64,000 bases of DNA from positions 186,001-250,000 of the forward strand of contig OZ237768.1 of assembly GCA_965178125.1 (NCBI GenBank), given 5' to 3'. This document shows positions 50,801 to 61,520 of the stretch, piece after piece (the first letter of the stretch is position 1; every line of letters begins with the position of its first letter). Origin of the DNA: Bilabrum cf. latius (lineage: Eukaryota). A program made the translations under genes and the position numbers. Below the pieces are notes generated by a model. It saw only the letters and a list, made by a program, of their open reading frames with translations, was not told where the DNA came from and ran no database searches.

Positions 50801-51833
50801 CGGCGGTGCAAGAGGCTCGTATCTTGCTAGCGAGTCGGCTCAGCACGCCCGGTCGCTGCCCGGTTCCTCGCTGAAGGGCAGGAGGCAGCATTCCAACTCT
50901 GCCATCGATGTTCGCCGCGGTACCGGCGTGGATGGGTCTGGGGTCCCGCCCAGAGCCGTCCGTTTCGAAGGGGGCTTCAGCCCGGGGCGAGGCCGTTCTG
51001 AGAGGCCGGGCGGGTTAACTCCGAGGGGTCGAATGAGGGGCGTCTCGGAGGATGTGCCGTATGCGAAGGGAGACCCGTCTGCCGGCCTTGCCGGGGTGAT
51101 TGGCGCGCTTGAGGAGAGCATGGGCTTTGGAAATGACGAGGGTGATGATGACTATGACGAGCTGCGGGACGAGAGTGGTGGCGGCGGCGCGGGCGGGCGT
51201 GCCGGCATGCGACTATCTACCGTGCATGATGAGGAGGAGGAGGACGAGGAGGAGGACGAGGACGAGGCTGAGTCAACAGCGCGGGACCGCGGAAGTGCAC
51301 ACGCAGCCGAGAGCCGAGCGGCCGTCGGAGCACCCGGCAGGGATGCATTACACGGTGGTTCTGTATCGCATGGTATCATGAGACAAGGTGGTCAAGCGCC
51401 AGGCCGCGAACGGCAGCACCTTTCGCAGGATGGGCACAGTGCCGGTGCAACAACTCGGGGTGGCGATGCTCGCCGTCCTGATGGGACAGGCCCCCCTGGT
51501 GCCAGTAGCAGGGCTGATTCCTCCCTTCTGACTCAAGCCATTCAGAAGCAGGAGCAGCGGCGGCAGCAGCAGCTACAGCCGTCGCACCAGGCGCATGGAT
51601 CAGGGTCGGGCCATGACTACACTGCGGATGGTGACCCGGCAGTCCCACAGTCGCTCCGTGAGGGCCATGCGGCCTTTGGGGGGACATCTTGGGGGGGCGG
51701 CAGCGAGTTGCTGGGGGGCGGTGGTGGGGACGGTGAGGACGCGGTAGGCTCGCTGCTAGGCGGGAACGTGGGGGATGGGGACGTGCTTGGCGGTACAAGG
51801 TCGGGGAGGGGAGAGTGGAGCGACTCGGACTGA
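29856..51833 (+). CDS. RPTOR: Raptor/Kog1 (TORC1 subunit), hugely expanded, ~7,325 aa if unspliced
   Basis: One frame (mod 3 = 0) runs from ATG 29856 to TGA 51831-51833 with 25 TAGs and no TAA or TGA. RNC motifs: VVCLNAGTDPPD, DPTPDHVKALC...GTPRPTTRGELWAFDASFSQYLPV, LPADLFTTCLTCP, LFLTLFRGD. It has HEAT-like central helices and Raptor-type WD40 motifs (GSGCVLHWD, VIRAWD..SCVT, VGHGNGAIRVVDRR, LKYHEGFTGNRIAP). Confidence 0.9.
30570..30611 (+). repeat. CAG microsatellite encoding poly-Gln (Q7-L-Q6) in Raptor
   Basis: (cag)7 ctg (cag)6 in frame. Confidence 0.9.
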
Positions 51834-51993
51834 GTGCGTTGTAGATCTATTGAGGTGGATGATGTCGCACGAATGAAAATACAACGATACTTGTATATGG
51901 AGTAGCTATCGCGGTGATATGCCTGCGAATACCAGCCAGCCCCTCACCAAATTTCCTCATCGTGTGGACATAACCAGTCTCGGCCTATCCAGA

Positions 51994-52779
51994 TCACAGC
52001 ACGAGCCCGCAGTATTCCGACGACCTGTACTTCTTCTTGAGCCCCTTCCACTGCACCAGCACGCGATCAGCGACCGTGTAGTACAGTATCTTCCCTGTCA
52101 TGCTCAGGTCGGCCACCCGAGCCGCGCTCTCTACAAACACAATGCCTGTGTTGCTCACACCCACCAGTCGAGCGAGCCAAGCAGCAAAGGCCAGGGGCAC
52201 GCATGTGCCTGGCCCATTCAACAGAAGCAACGCCGGTCTGTGGTAAAATACAATTCCAATGGAGTAAATCGTGGCATACGCGGTCATTGCTGCCGATGTG
52301 ATCCAGCTCTGGCCCACTTCCCTGCTACGAGGCACCACGGCCCAGCTTGCTGCCGGCTCCTTCTCAGCGCTCTTTGTGGACGATTTACCCTTCGTTCGCC
52401 TGCTGCTTCCTTTTCTTCGAGACTTTGATGGCACAGGATCAGACAGCACAGCTTTCCCAATTGGTCCGGAAGGTTCGAGCCTAGCCGCAGCAAGCACCTG
52501 TCCATGTGATGTAGAGTCGGTATCAGCATGGACCAGCACAATGCGCGCAAAATCATTCACGAGTCGATCACTCGATAAGATGGATATCATCTCTGCTGTA
52601 TGCCCGCCCGAACCGAGCACGCTCATCAGTGTGCCGGGTGATTTGGTGCCTACCGTAATTGGAGGCTTCCTTCCAAAACCTACCAGCCTACGGGGTAAAG
52701 AGAAGACAAACCGAAGTGCAACTCCAACACCAACAAGAAATGCTAGCATTCCCATGAAAACGCTGAGAAGAGGGTCCAT
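51994..52779 (-). CDS. ALG14: UDP-GlcNAc transferase subunit ALG14, ~261 aa (alternative start 52845)
   Basis: VLGSGGHTAEM, VPRSREVGQSW, RPALLLLNGPGTCVP, IVFVESAARVADLSMTGKILY..ADRVLVQW. No TAG; ends in TGA. Confidence 0.93.
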   Translation of the reverse strand: MDPLLSVFMGMLAFLVGVGVALRFVFSLPRRLVGFGRKPPITVGTKSPGTLMSVLGSGGHTAEMISILSSDRLVNDFARIVLVHADTDSTSHGQVLAAARLEPSGPIGKAVLSDPVPSKSRRKGSSRRTKGKSSTKSAEKEPAASWAVVPRSREVGQSWITSAAMTAYATIYSIGIVFYHRPALLLLNGPGTCVPLAFAAWLARLVGVSNTGIVFVESAARVADLSMTGKILYYTVADRVLVQWKGLKKKYRSSEYCGLVL

Positions 52780-52892
52780 ATCTTTTTCAAAACGCGCCCA
52801 AGTAGCGATGGACTGGAGTTGCTCTTGCGGGGGCAGCGCGCTCATCACATGCCAACCAACAAGAAAAATGTTGCTTTGGGCCATATAGCACC

Positions 52893-53855
52893 ATGTCCAG
52901 CAAGCCGAAGATGGCAAAGTCGAAAGGGAAAGTTCGTGTGGGAATGCCTAAGGCAGACTTGTCGCGGATTAGGAATAAAGTCAAACGAAGCTAGGTTCTG
53001 GCTCAGCGCCAGGGTGCTGTCAAAAAGGAACGAACAGAGTTGAGAAGGAAGCGCAAAAGAGAGGAGTCAGAGGCAGTAGCTAGGGGGGAGCATGTTGTCA
53101 AACGAAGAACCTTGACGATTGATGACATGAGGGTTGCTGACGATACCTTCGTAGCTGCAGACGACGAGGAGGTGAATGCCGACGAAGCAACAGACGAGTT
53201 TGCGAGGTATTTCTCCGGAGAGAAGAAACCCAACATAATATTGACGACCAAGATGCGGCCAAGTCGCCACCTATTTCCGTTTGTGAGCGAGTTGCTGCAG
53301 CTACTGCCTGGTTCTAGGTTCTTCAATAGGCACAGGCACCCGCTGAAGAAGATATGCGAATGGGGAGGCAAGCGGGATTTCACGCACGTAGTCGTAGTTG
53401 GGGAGCATAACAAGAAGCCAAGCTCTTTGCTGGTGGTTCACTTGCCCGAGGGACCCACTGCCTTCTTTCGGCTCACGAGCGAGCAGTTGGGCCGAGAGAT
53501 CCACGGGCATGGAGTGGGTACCGACCACAAGCCGGAGCTGATCCTGCAGAGGTTCAACACTCGATTGGGACACAGGTTCGGCCGTTTGCTGGGCTCGCTG
53601 TTTCCCCATGACCCGGACTTCATCGGCCGCCAGGTAGTGACATTGCACAACCAGAGGGACTTCATCTTCGTCCGCAGGCACAGGTACATTTTCACAGAGG
53701 ACGGGAAGAAGGCCAGGCTGCAGGAACTGGGGCCTAGGTTTACCATCAAGCCGCAGTGGCTGCTGGCGGGCTCCTTTGACCTGAGGTTTGGCGAGTTCGA
53801 GTGGTTTTTCAAGAGGCACGACATGGAGACGTCGAGGAGGAAGTTCTTCTTGTGA
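52893..53855 (+). CDS. RPF1: Ribosome production factor 1 (Brix domain), ~320 aa
   Basis: Starts at ATG 52893. IRNKVKRS(TAG 52992)VL links the only upstream ATGs to the Brix domain: DEFARYF, HLPEGPTAFF, PELIL..FNTRLGHR, GRQVVTLHNQRDFIFVRRHRY, LQELGPRFT, SRRKFFL-TGA. Confidence 0.93.
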
Positions 53856-53951
53856 GGATGATTGTGTAAACAGATTGGCCTAGATCTACCTGCCACAAAG
53901 TTCCAGTCATTGAAGTTATGCATTTGCGAAGGATGGAACTGGTCCAATCAT

Positions 53952-54983
53952 TCACTCGACCCTGTTGCCCGCGCTCCCAGCCTCGCCCTACCCGCCTCTG
54001 TGACCCTCCTGGTCCTGCTCGTCCTCGAAGGTGAACGTGGACCTGCCGTCCACTCTCATCGTGGCAGCACCCCCTTCCCCGTCCATACCCCCCGTTAGGG
54101 GACCACCACTCTCTGGTACCTCTGACCCCGTTCCTGCCGACCCGATCGACCGCGTGGTTGTCACGGCAGGCACCCGGCCTCCCTCTGCCCCCGAATCCTC
54201 GCCCGCGCCTCGACCTCCGCCTCCCCTCGGGGTCTGAGTGTCGATCCCACCGGGCAGCTGTCCTGCTGATGAATGGCCGCCGCTAAGCGGTAAGGACGCT
54301 TGCACAGTGCTTGGCACCTCGCCCGCCGTGGCCTTTGCTCCAGCTGCGATGGTGCTGCCAGCAGATGCCTTCGGGCTCGGCAGGCTGGCTTCTGCTCGGC
54401 TCCTCGCGAGGACCCACTTGCAGCCGCAAAACGTACCGTCTACTGCTTGATCCAACACGTTACTTGCAAATTCAGAAGCTCGTTTCTTACGCGAGCTGCC
54501 TTCTAGTGTCGCAAGGCGTGCCGACAAAGCCCGCATTGCTGCCCTCGCGCTTGGTTCACCAGAGGATCCACGAGACTGAAACACAAGAGATGCCCTGACA
54601 CCTTCGTGCTTGCCCACTACGACATGCTCGCAGGGATGCGCCACAAAAGCAGCTGTTCCGGACGCTTCGGCTTGTGCAGTGCTGGATTCGGTTTCGCTCA
54701 CTGTTGGGAGGGAAATGCGGCCCTCAGCAACAGGTAATTTCGGAGGCACAGAGCCAGTATCGACGGGGACAGAGTCCCCAACAATGGCGCTCTCAAAGGA
54801 ACCTGCAGACAAGGTCTCAGCAAGCTGCAGCATTGCCTCTGAGACTCTCGTGACCATTTCAGCGGAATGGGAGGCCGGTGGATCTTCGTCCCTCCATGAC
54901 CAATCAAGAATGGGAACAGTCTAGTCAACCGATGTCACTGCTGAATCATCAATGACAAGTCGGAGGGGTGCAACCATATCCAT
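53952..54983 (-). CDS. Hypothetical protein, ~343 aa
   Basis: ATG 54983 to TGA 53954-53952 with 2 TAGs (54923, 53990). No family recognised; start uncertain. Confidence 0.6.
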
Positions 54984-55109
54984 GGCACACGGTCCGGCGC
55001 CTGGTTTGCCCAGCAGTAATCCCCTTCATAAACCACACTCAACAATGCTCCATAATTCAGTTTATTTCGCAAAAGGATTTCGTGTCACTGTGGTACGACT
55101 TGGGTCGCC

Positions 55110-58100
55110 ATGGATGGTGATGGTTTATATGATGATATTGACTAGATTCTAGGCCATGCCGCGGAGGGCCAGGACATATCTTCCAACGATCTTGAGCTGA
55201 CTGGAGCAGATCCCACTTACGACGCTGGTTCAGCGACGCAGTCAAGGCGATCCAAGGTATGAATGGCAGACTATACCACGCCCACACATATTATCATACT
55301 TTGTTCAGTTCGGATTGTGTTCTTCCTGATACTTGCAATGCCCGCAGCAACGACGCCAAGAGGCTGCAGAGCAAGCTGCGGGTTTCCTGCTACAAGAGGG
55401 TATGCTACTTTCTGCTCTCGAGCTGCACTAGGAGATCCGAGAGCAAGCTGGTCCAGATGCGCTAGAGATTATTCCGGCACTGAGCGACGTGTTTGACAAT
55501 GACGACCAGCTCGTGCAGCTCAGCCAGCAGGCTGATGCTGCAGAGGCTGCGGCGGAGCGGCAACTGCTCGAATCCGTTGCAAGCGGTGGACAGCATCCCG
55601 ACCTCCTTGCCGTCGCTAAAGTCAAATCGCCGTTCTCGAGCGGTGGACTGGAATCCTCTCTTGAATCTCGCCAGCAGCGGATCGCTCTGCTCGAGTACAA
55701 GCTTAGGGCAGCCGAGCGAGACAAGAAGCGCCTGCAGAAACGATTGCAAGCGTGAGACTATTTTTCTGTATCGAGCTTGTAAAGTGGGAGGCGCTGTGTA
55801 CCATGCGCCATTCGTTGCTCGGCCCAACAGAACCTCACCTCCACCCTACCCGCCTCACCCGCAGATCGGAGCGAGCAGCATCCCAATCCCGAGCAAGTGC
55901 CCCGCAGCACGCTCAATCAGCTGCAGCGCAGGGCATGTCCAAAGGAGCTCCTTCAAACGAGCCGTCTTCTGCGGCGTCCACTTCTTCGTCGCAACCAGCC
56001 CCCGAGGCAGCGCCCCCCCCCACTGGTCCCCCCTCTGGGGACGAGCAGAGGGCCCTGGACCAGCTGGTGCACTCGTATCTAGTAGGTAGCGGCAGGGAGC
56101 TTGCCGCGGCATCCTTTGTGGATGAGGCGGGGGTCCGTCCGTTGCCTGCAGGCGGGGTGGGGGCAGAGGAGGGTGGGGGATCCTCGGGAGGCCGGGCGGG
56201 TGACTTGTCGCCTGCCGCTGCCGCCATGCAGCAGGCGTGCAGGGCCGGACTGGTCGCGGTTTTTAGAGGGGCCGTGAAGCCGTCGGAGGAAGCCGCGCGC
56301 GCTGCAGCCGAGGCTGGGTCGATGAAGCAGGAGCTGGAGCAGCTCAGGAGGCGAGTGCAGAGGGCAGAGCAGCTGGCGGAGGCCGCGGCAGAGGAGAGGA
56401 GGACGTGGACCGACAGGCAGCACCGCGCCGTGGAGGACGCGGCGGCCAGGGCAACCGCGGAGACGCGCAAGAAGACCCAGCGCTCCATCCTGGAGAAGAT
56501 CAGGAGCGAGGGACTCAAGTCCGTCGGCCTGAGTGCAGCTGACGTGCCAGACGCAGAGCCCGCTGAGGACCTGGGCGGGGCGGGCGGTGGGTCTGGGACT
56601 GGGACCAGGCTGCAAGATCTAGCACTGGTGGAATCGTTCGAGGCAGATGGGCTGCTCGTGGGCACAGACGCCATCGTGCGCGCAGCCGACGGCGGGGCCT
56701 CGCGGCGCAGGCAGCGCTTGCGGCGGCGAAGGTCGTCAGGAGGAGACGAAGACGAGTTTGAGCTTCAGGGCTAGGGAACAGGGGTACACGGGAGCACGGT
56801 GTCCGCTGCCATGCGCATCGTGCGACTCCTTGCATCCACGGTCCCCGAGCTGTCCAAGCACGTTGTCACCAGGCACAGAGCGCTGCTCTTCCCACTGTAT
56901 GCCGCCACTGCCGCCGCGCACCCATCCGCCTCTGATCGGCGCGCGCTCGTAAGCGGGCTGCTGACCTCGGTGAAGAGACCCAGGCCGCACGAGCGCGCGG
57001 GCATTCTGAGGCAGCTGTCCTCGCTGGCGCGCGCAAGCACCAAGGCCAGGACGCCCGCGTCTGCCTCGGCTGCGGCGAGCGCTGCTGGCCCAGGCGCATC
57101 TTCAGGATCGGGTGGCTCGTCTGTCCGCTCTTCACAAACTTCGACTCACGGTCGGGATCAGATCGATCTCCAGTCCGACATATTGCCGCAAGTGCTCGCC
57201 AGCACGTCTATGGGGACGAGGGAGCGACGTGCCGTGGCGGCGCAGGGGTGCGGGGTGCTCGCCGTGCACGTGGGGGCGCGGAGCTGCGACCCTCTGCTGG
57301 CCACTTTGGCCATGCTGGCGGATGACAAGTCGGGAGTGGTGCGGCGGGCGGTTGTGCGCGGAGCCGCGTGCATGGCCAGGTGTTTGCTAGAGAAGGACGA
57401 GAAGGTGCAGGACGCGCTCAGGGCCATCGAGGCGAAGGAAGGCGGGGTCAAAATCAATTCTGACGAAGCCAAGGAAGAGGAAGAGGAACCTGAGAAGACA
57501 GACGGGGAGAAGGATGCGGAAGGAAGCACGGGCAAGACAGAAGCAGACGGTCCAACCACAGGAGAAGACTCAGATGCTGGTGCAGGTGCAGATACAGGAG
57601 GTGCAGGTGCAGATACAGGAGGTGCAGATGCAGAGGAGAGCAAAGAGGCCGAAGAGGAAGAAGAAGAGTACGGGGGCATGTCGGCGGCAGAGGCCCGCGC
57701 AGAGCAGCAGGCCATCGCGCGGCAGTTCCAGGAGCTCGGCGATCTGCTGTGGAAGTTTCTCTCTGGGGAGGCGGACGGCAGCGCGAATCCGGCGATGCTG
57801 GCGGATGGGTAGGGCATTGGGCTGCCTGGGGTGGGGAGCAGCGGCGCGGACGGGGCTGAAGAGGGTGAGGACGAGCCTGACGATGACCTCAGGGAGGAGC
57901 AGGCCATCGACGCGGCTGTCAAAGGTGCCAGCGCGGCGGTGGGTTGGGCCACCGCGCAAGCAGTGCATGCGGGCGAGGAGGCGGCAAGGCTGGTGGCGAA
58001 TGGGCCGGTGGTGGCTGGGCTGCAAGGGAGCAAAGGCGCGGGCATGGTAGGAAGCAGGGCCGGCCGCAGCCCCGCCGCCTCCTCCCAGGAGCTCCAGTCG

Positions 58101-61100
58101 AGCATGCGGCCTTCTGTGCTTGCGGCGGAGCAGTTGCTCCCAGCCATGCTTGCCTGGGCGCACAGGAGAGGTGCCATGTGGCACTCGCAGGGTGTTCTCG
58201 CCACGCTCGTCTCCCACATCGAGGACGCTGCACGAGTGGCCTGCGCCGACGGGGGCGGCTCGTTGGGTGCTGGCGCCGTGGGCCGGGACGGCAGTGCCGG
58301 TCGATCCAGAGCCTCCACTGCCGCGTCTGAGATGGACGGCGAGACGGCCGAGCAGGCCAGCGGGCACGCTCAGCTGCTGCTCGGGGCACTCTCCACTGCA
58401 TTCGGGCCCGTCAGGCGGTACGTGCTCCTCGGTGGGTTCCGTGCGGCAGCAGTGGTGCGAGATGTGGGTGATGTCGGGGATGAGTCCGGAGCGGGCACGC
58501 CTGGAGTCACGGACGATGCCGGCAAGTTCGAGTACTTTCTGTCGAAGGAGCGTCCCCCAGACGACGTGGCTCTGGCGCTGCTGCCGACCGCGGGAGACCT
58601 GGGTCCGCAGGAGCGCCTCAAGTACATCAAGGCGCGAGCGGGTGCCATGGCGGACAGCCTTGCGTGCCTGCTGCGAGGCACGGCGGTGCTGTGGAGACGC
58701 GAGAGGGGCGCCGATGGCGCGCTCTGGAGACCGGCTAGGTCCAGCGGTGAGCTTCGGCGATGGGGCGTAACGGTTCAGTGGCCCAGCTTGCGGTGGATGG
58801 TAAGGAGGGTGGTGTGTCCGCTGCTGCGGGTGGCATCTGTGGTGCCCAACGCGACCACGTCGCACCGTGCACTGCGAGAGGCGATGGCGGGCACATTCCG
58901 GTGTCTCGCTGACTCGTTCGGCACCTCTTTCACAGCGAGGGCCGTCCTGCCCGTAGTGGCTGCCTCGCTTGGTCTCCCTGTGGAGAGGGTCGGTGCCAGT
59001 GCAGCGAGTGGGAGCGGGCGCCGCGCGGCCAGCGGAAGCGGCGTGGCCCCGACCGAGGCCGCGGACGTGTCGTGGGCTCTCATGCACCACGTGCTGCTAG
59101 CTGGGAGCGAGGAGGCCGGCGGCGGCGGCAGCGGCGGTGCTGGTGTTGGTGCTAGTGGAGAGGGGCAGGGCAGGAGCAGTGCGCCGGATTTGGCGCTGGA
59201 CGAGACGCCTAGCGGAGCGCTGGGCAAGGCGCATTTCGGCGGGGGTCACGGGGTCTTTGGCCTGGGGCAGGTAGACGCAGTAGGTGTCCAGTCAGCCGAC
59301 CGCGTGGCGGGCTCGGATGGCCCTGGGTGGCCGTCTGCCCTCCCCGAGTGCGCGTGGATGCGCAAGGCAGGGGCTAGGCCCAAGCGGTCCGGCAGACCCT
59401 CGACCTCAGCGGCCGGTGGTGCTGCGGCTGATTCCTCCGTGCCTCCTCTCGGCGAGGAGTCCATGGGCGGGGCATGGCACGCCGACGCGCTGCTTCCCGT
59501 GCTGGGAGGTGGCATCCTCGCCGCGCCCTGCCTGCCCAAATCGATGCAGCAACAGGTGGTGCGCGAGCTGCTGGTGCGCCTCGCGATGGAGAAGGAGGGC
59601 TGGACGAGGTCGCAGCTGCCAAGGGTGGAGGACTGCATCGCGAGGATCTGCGCCCCGGTGGCCGTGCTGTGGGACCAGCTGCAGGACGGCGACAGAGAGG
59701 ACAAGCAGGGGGACTAGAGCGCGGATGGGAAGACTGGCAGCGGCAAATAGAAAGGAAGCGGCGGGACAGCTTCCGCCGGGGACGACGAGCCGCAGCGGAT
59801 GGCACTGGCCGCAGCTGCGTCTGCCCAAATCGCCGGCATCGGTGTGCGAGTAGGCGGCGGGCTTGGCCTGAAGCGGTTCGGCGCTACTCCTCAGCTGATG
59901 GCACAGCCAGCCGCCAGAAAGGCCGCGCTGAGCGCGTGCAAGCGAGTGGCCACTCAGGTGCTGCAGCTGCTCCAGCGAGTGAGCACAAACAGGGACCCCA
60001 GCACTCGAAAGGTGGTCGCCTCGCTGCTCCACGGGCTCATCGCGGTCCTGCCCGCAGAGCTTCTGGTCAGCCACTATCTGCCCACGCTGGAAGGCCTGTG
60101 TGGGGAGACAGAGAAAGACGAGAGCGTGCGGCTGGCCGCCCTGCGAGCGCTGGGTGGAGCCTACAGCGCGGCTGCACCTGCAGTGGTGCTGGACCGCGTG
60201 GGCGCGTGCATGAGGGACCTGCTTGCCAGCGGGCCGGTGCGCGTGGTGGTGGAGGCTCTCCGCCTCATCATGCGGTCCGTGCCCGACGCAAGGCGGGACC
60301 TGCGCGACGGTTTCTTGCTCGACAGGCTTCTTGAGGTCTCGAGGGGCGTGGCGGAGGCAAGCAGGGCAGGCCGGGAGGCCATGGAGCAGATATGCGGTGC
60401 CATCGGCGATGACGATGGCAGGCAGGACGACGTGAGTCGGGCGGCGGAGGATGCCGCTGTCCAGGCCCGCGACGCAGCGGTGATGGCGGCGGAGCCGTGG
60501 AGCGGAGCCAAGTGGGAGGAGCTGGAGGAGGCAGCCATGGCTTGTCTCGAGGCCCTGCGCATGTACCAGACTGCAGTCGTGCGGGGTGACATGCCGGCTG
60601 AGTGCGTGGATCTGTGGAGACAGGCGGTCAAGTCGCTGCTGGACGAACCCGGCCTGCTGGACGCTGCCTATGGACAGGGGTACAGGGCACAGGTGCACGA
60701 GGCGCTGACTGGTGCAGGCGGCGGAGCAGCTGCAGGGCTTGATCAGGCGCCTGCCCTCAACGGCTCCAGTGGCAGTGCGGGTGCGAGTGCAAAGGCGCGC
60801 GGCCAGGGCATGGACGGCATGGCCGTGGGCATGAGTGGGTATGGCTCGACCGTGGGCACGCCGGCGACGGCTCCCAGGTCCACCGGTGGAGCAGCGCCAT
60901 CCACGGGCGGGCGGTCAGCGGGCGGGACACCCATTGTGGGCAGCGGTAGTAGTGGGGGCGATGGTGTGTCAGACTCTGGGCAGAAGCCGCCCGTGGCCCG
61001 GTCGCTGGCTGCATTCCTTGGAAAGCAGCCGCCTGCCGTCCAGGGCGGGGGGGTGAGTGGGGCTTCTGGCCTTCCCGCTGAGGACGGCGAGATGGGGGCT

Positions 61101-61211
61101 TCAGGTGGTGCCGAGGGGGCGCCAGGAGGCAAGAAGGGTTTCTTCTCTCGGCTCGGCAGCCGGATGTTTGGGAGGGGCGGCGATGGGGACTAGGCGAAGC
61201 CTGGCACATGA
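55110..61211 (+). CDS. RELCH: RELCH/KIAA1468-like Rab11-binding LisH + coiled-coil + HEAT protein, ~1,965 aa; exons 55110-55256, 55348-55751, 55865-61211
   Basis: FLLQEGMLLSALELH(TAG)EI, RIALLEYKLR, LisH EQRALDQLVHSYLV...ASFVDE, HP..SDRRALV...VKRPRPHERAGIL, DDKSGVVRRAV. Two GT-AG introns, 7 TAGs (55143, 55429, 56772, 57810, 59715, 59748, 61191); ends in TGA. Confidence 0.85.
55257..55347 (+). other. Spliceosomal intron, 91 nt
   Basis: AAG|GTATGA...CCCGCAG; frame-consistent. Confidence 0.8.
55752..55864 (+). other. Spliceosomal intron, 113 nt
   Basis: GTGAGA...CCCGCAG; removes an in-frame TGA and joins to the LisH frame. Confidence 0.8.
57579..57628 (+). repeat. 21-bp coding tandem repeat (GAGADTG x2 plus partial)
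   Basis: ggtgcaggtgcagatacagga occurs twice, followed by ggtgcaga. Confidence 0.8.
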
Positions 61212-61520
61212 CTGTGACCGTCTAGTCGTTCGTGAACCTGGTATGCGGTTATTTAGAATTCATGTCGTGCATATGAAAGTTGTGCCTCAAATACCGCTCT
61301 AGACAGGCAGTACGACAATCCATCAGTGTACCAGGTATATTCCGGGGCCCGTGGGCAAGTGCTCGGAAGGGGTAACTATTGCTTGACAAAGTGACACAAA
61401 CACCAAGTCTGTAGCTACGTAGACTACGGTCAATGAGTAATCGCCCATAAACAATCTCCTTTTTGATATTCTCAATCCAAATATCTACGCAGCAGCAAGA
61501 GCCTTCATGCTCTTGCAAAT

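Noticed and set aside
57570-60698. Long antisense or alternate-frame ORFs (e.g. 57570-59090 and 59406-60698 on minus, and many others)
   Set aside because: These are shadow ORFs expected in high-GC coding DNA opposite recognisable genes; no motifs.
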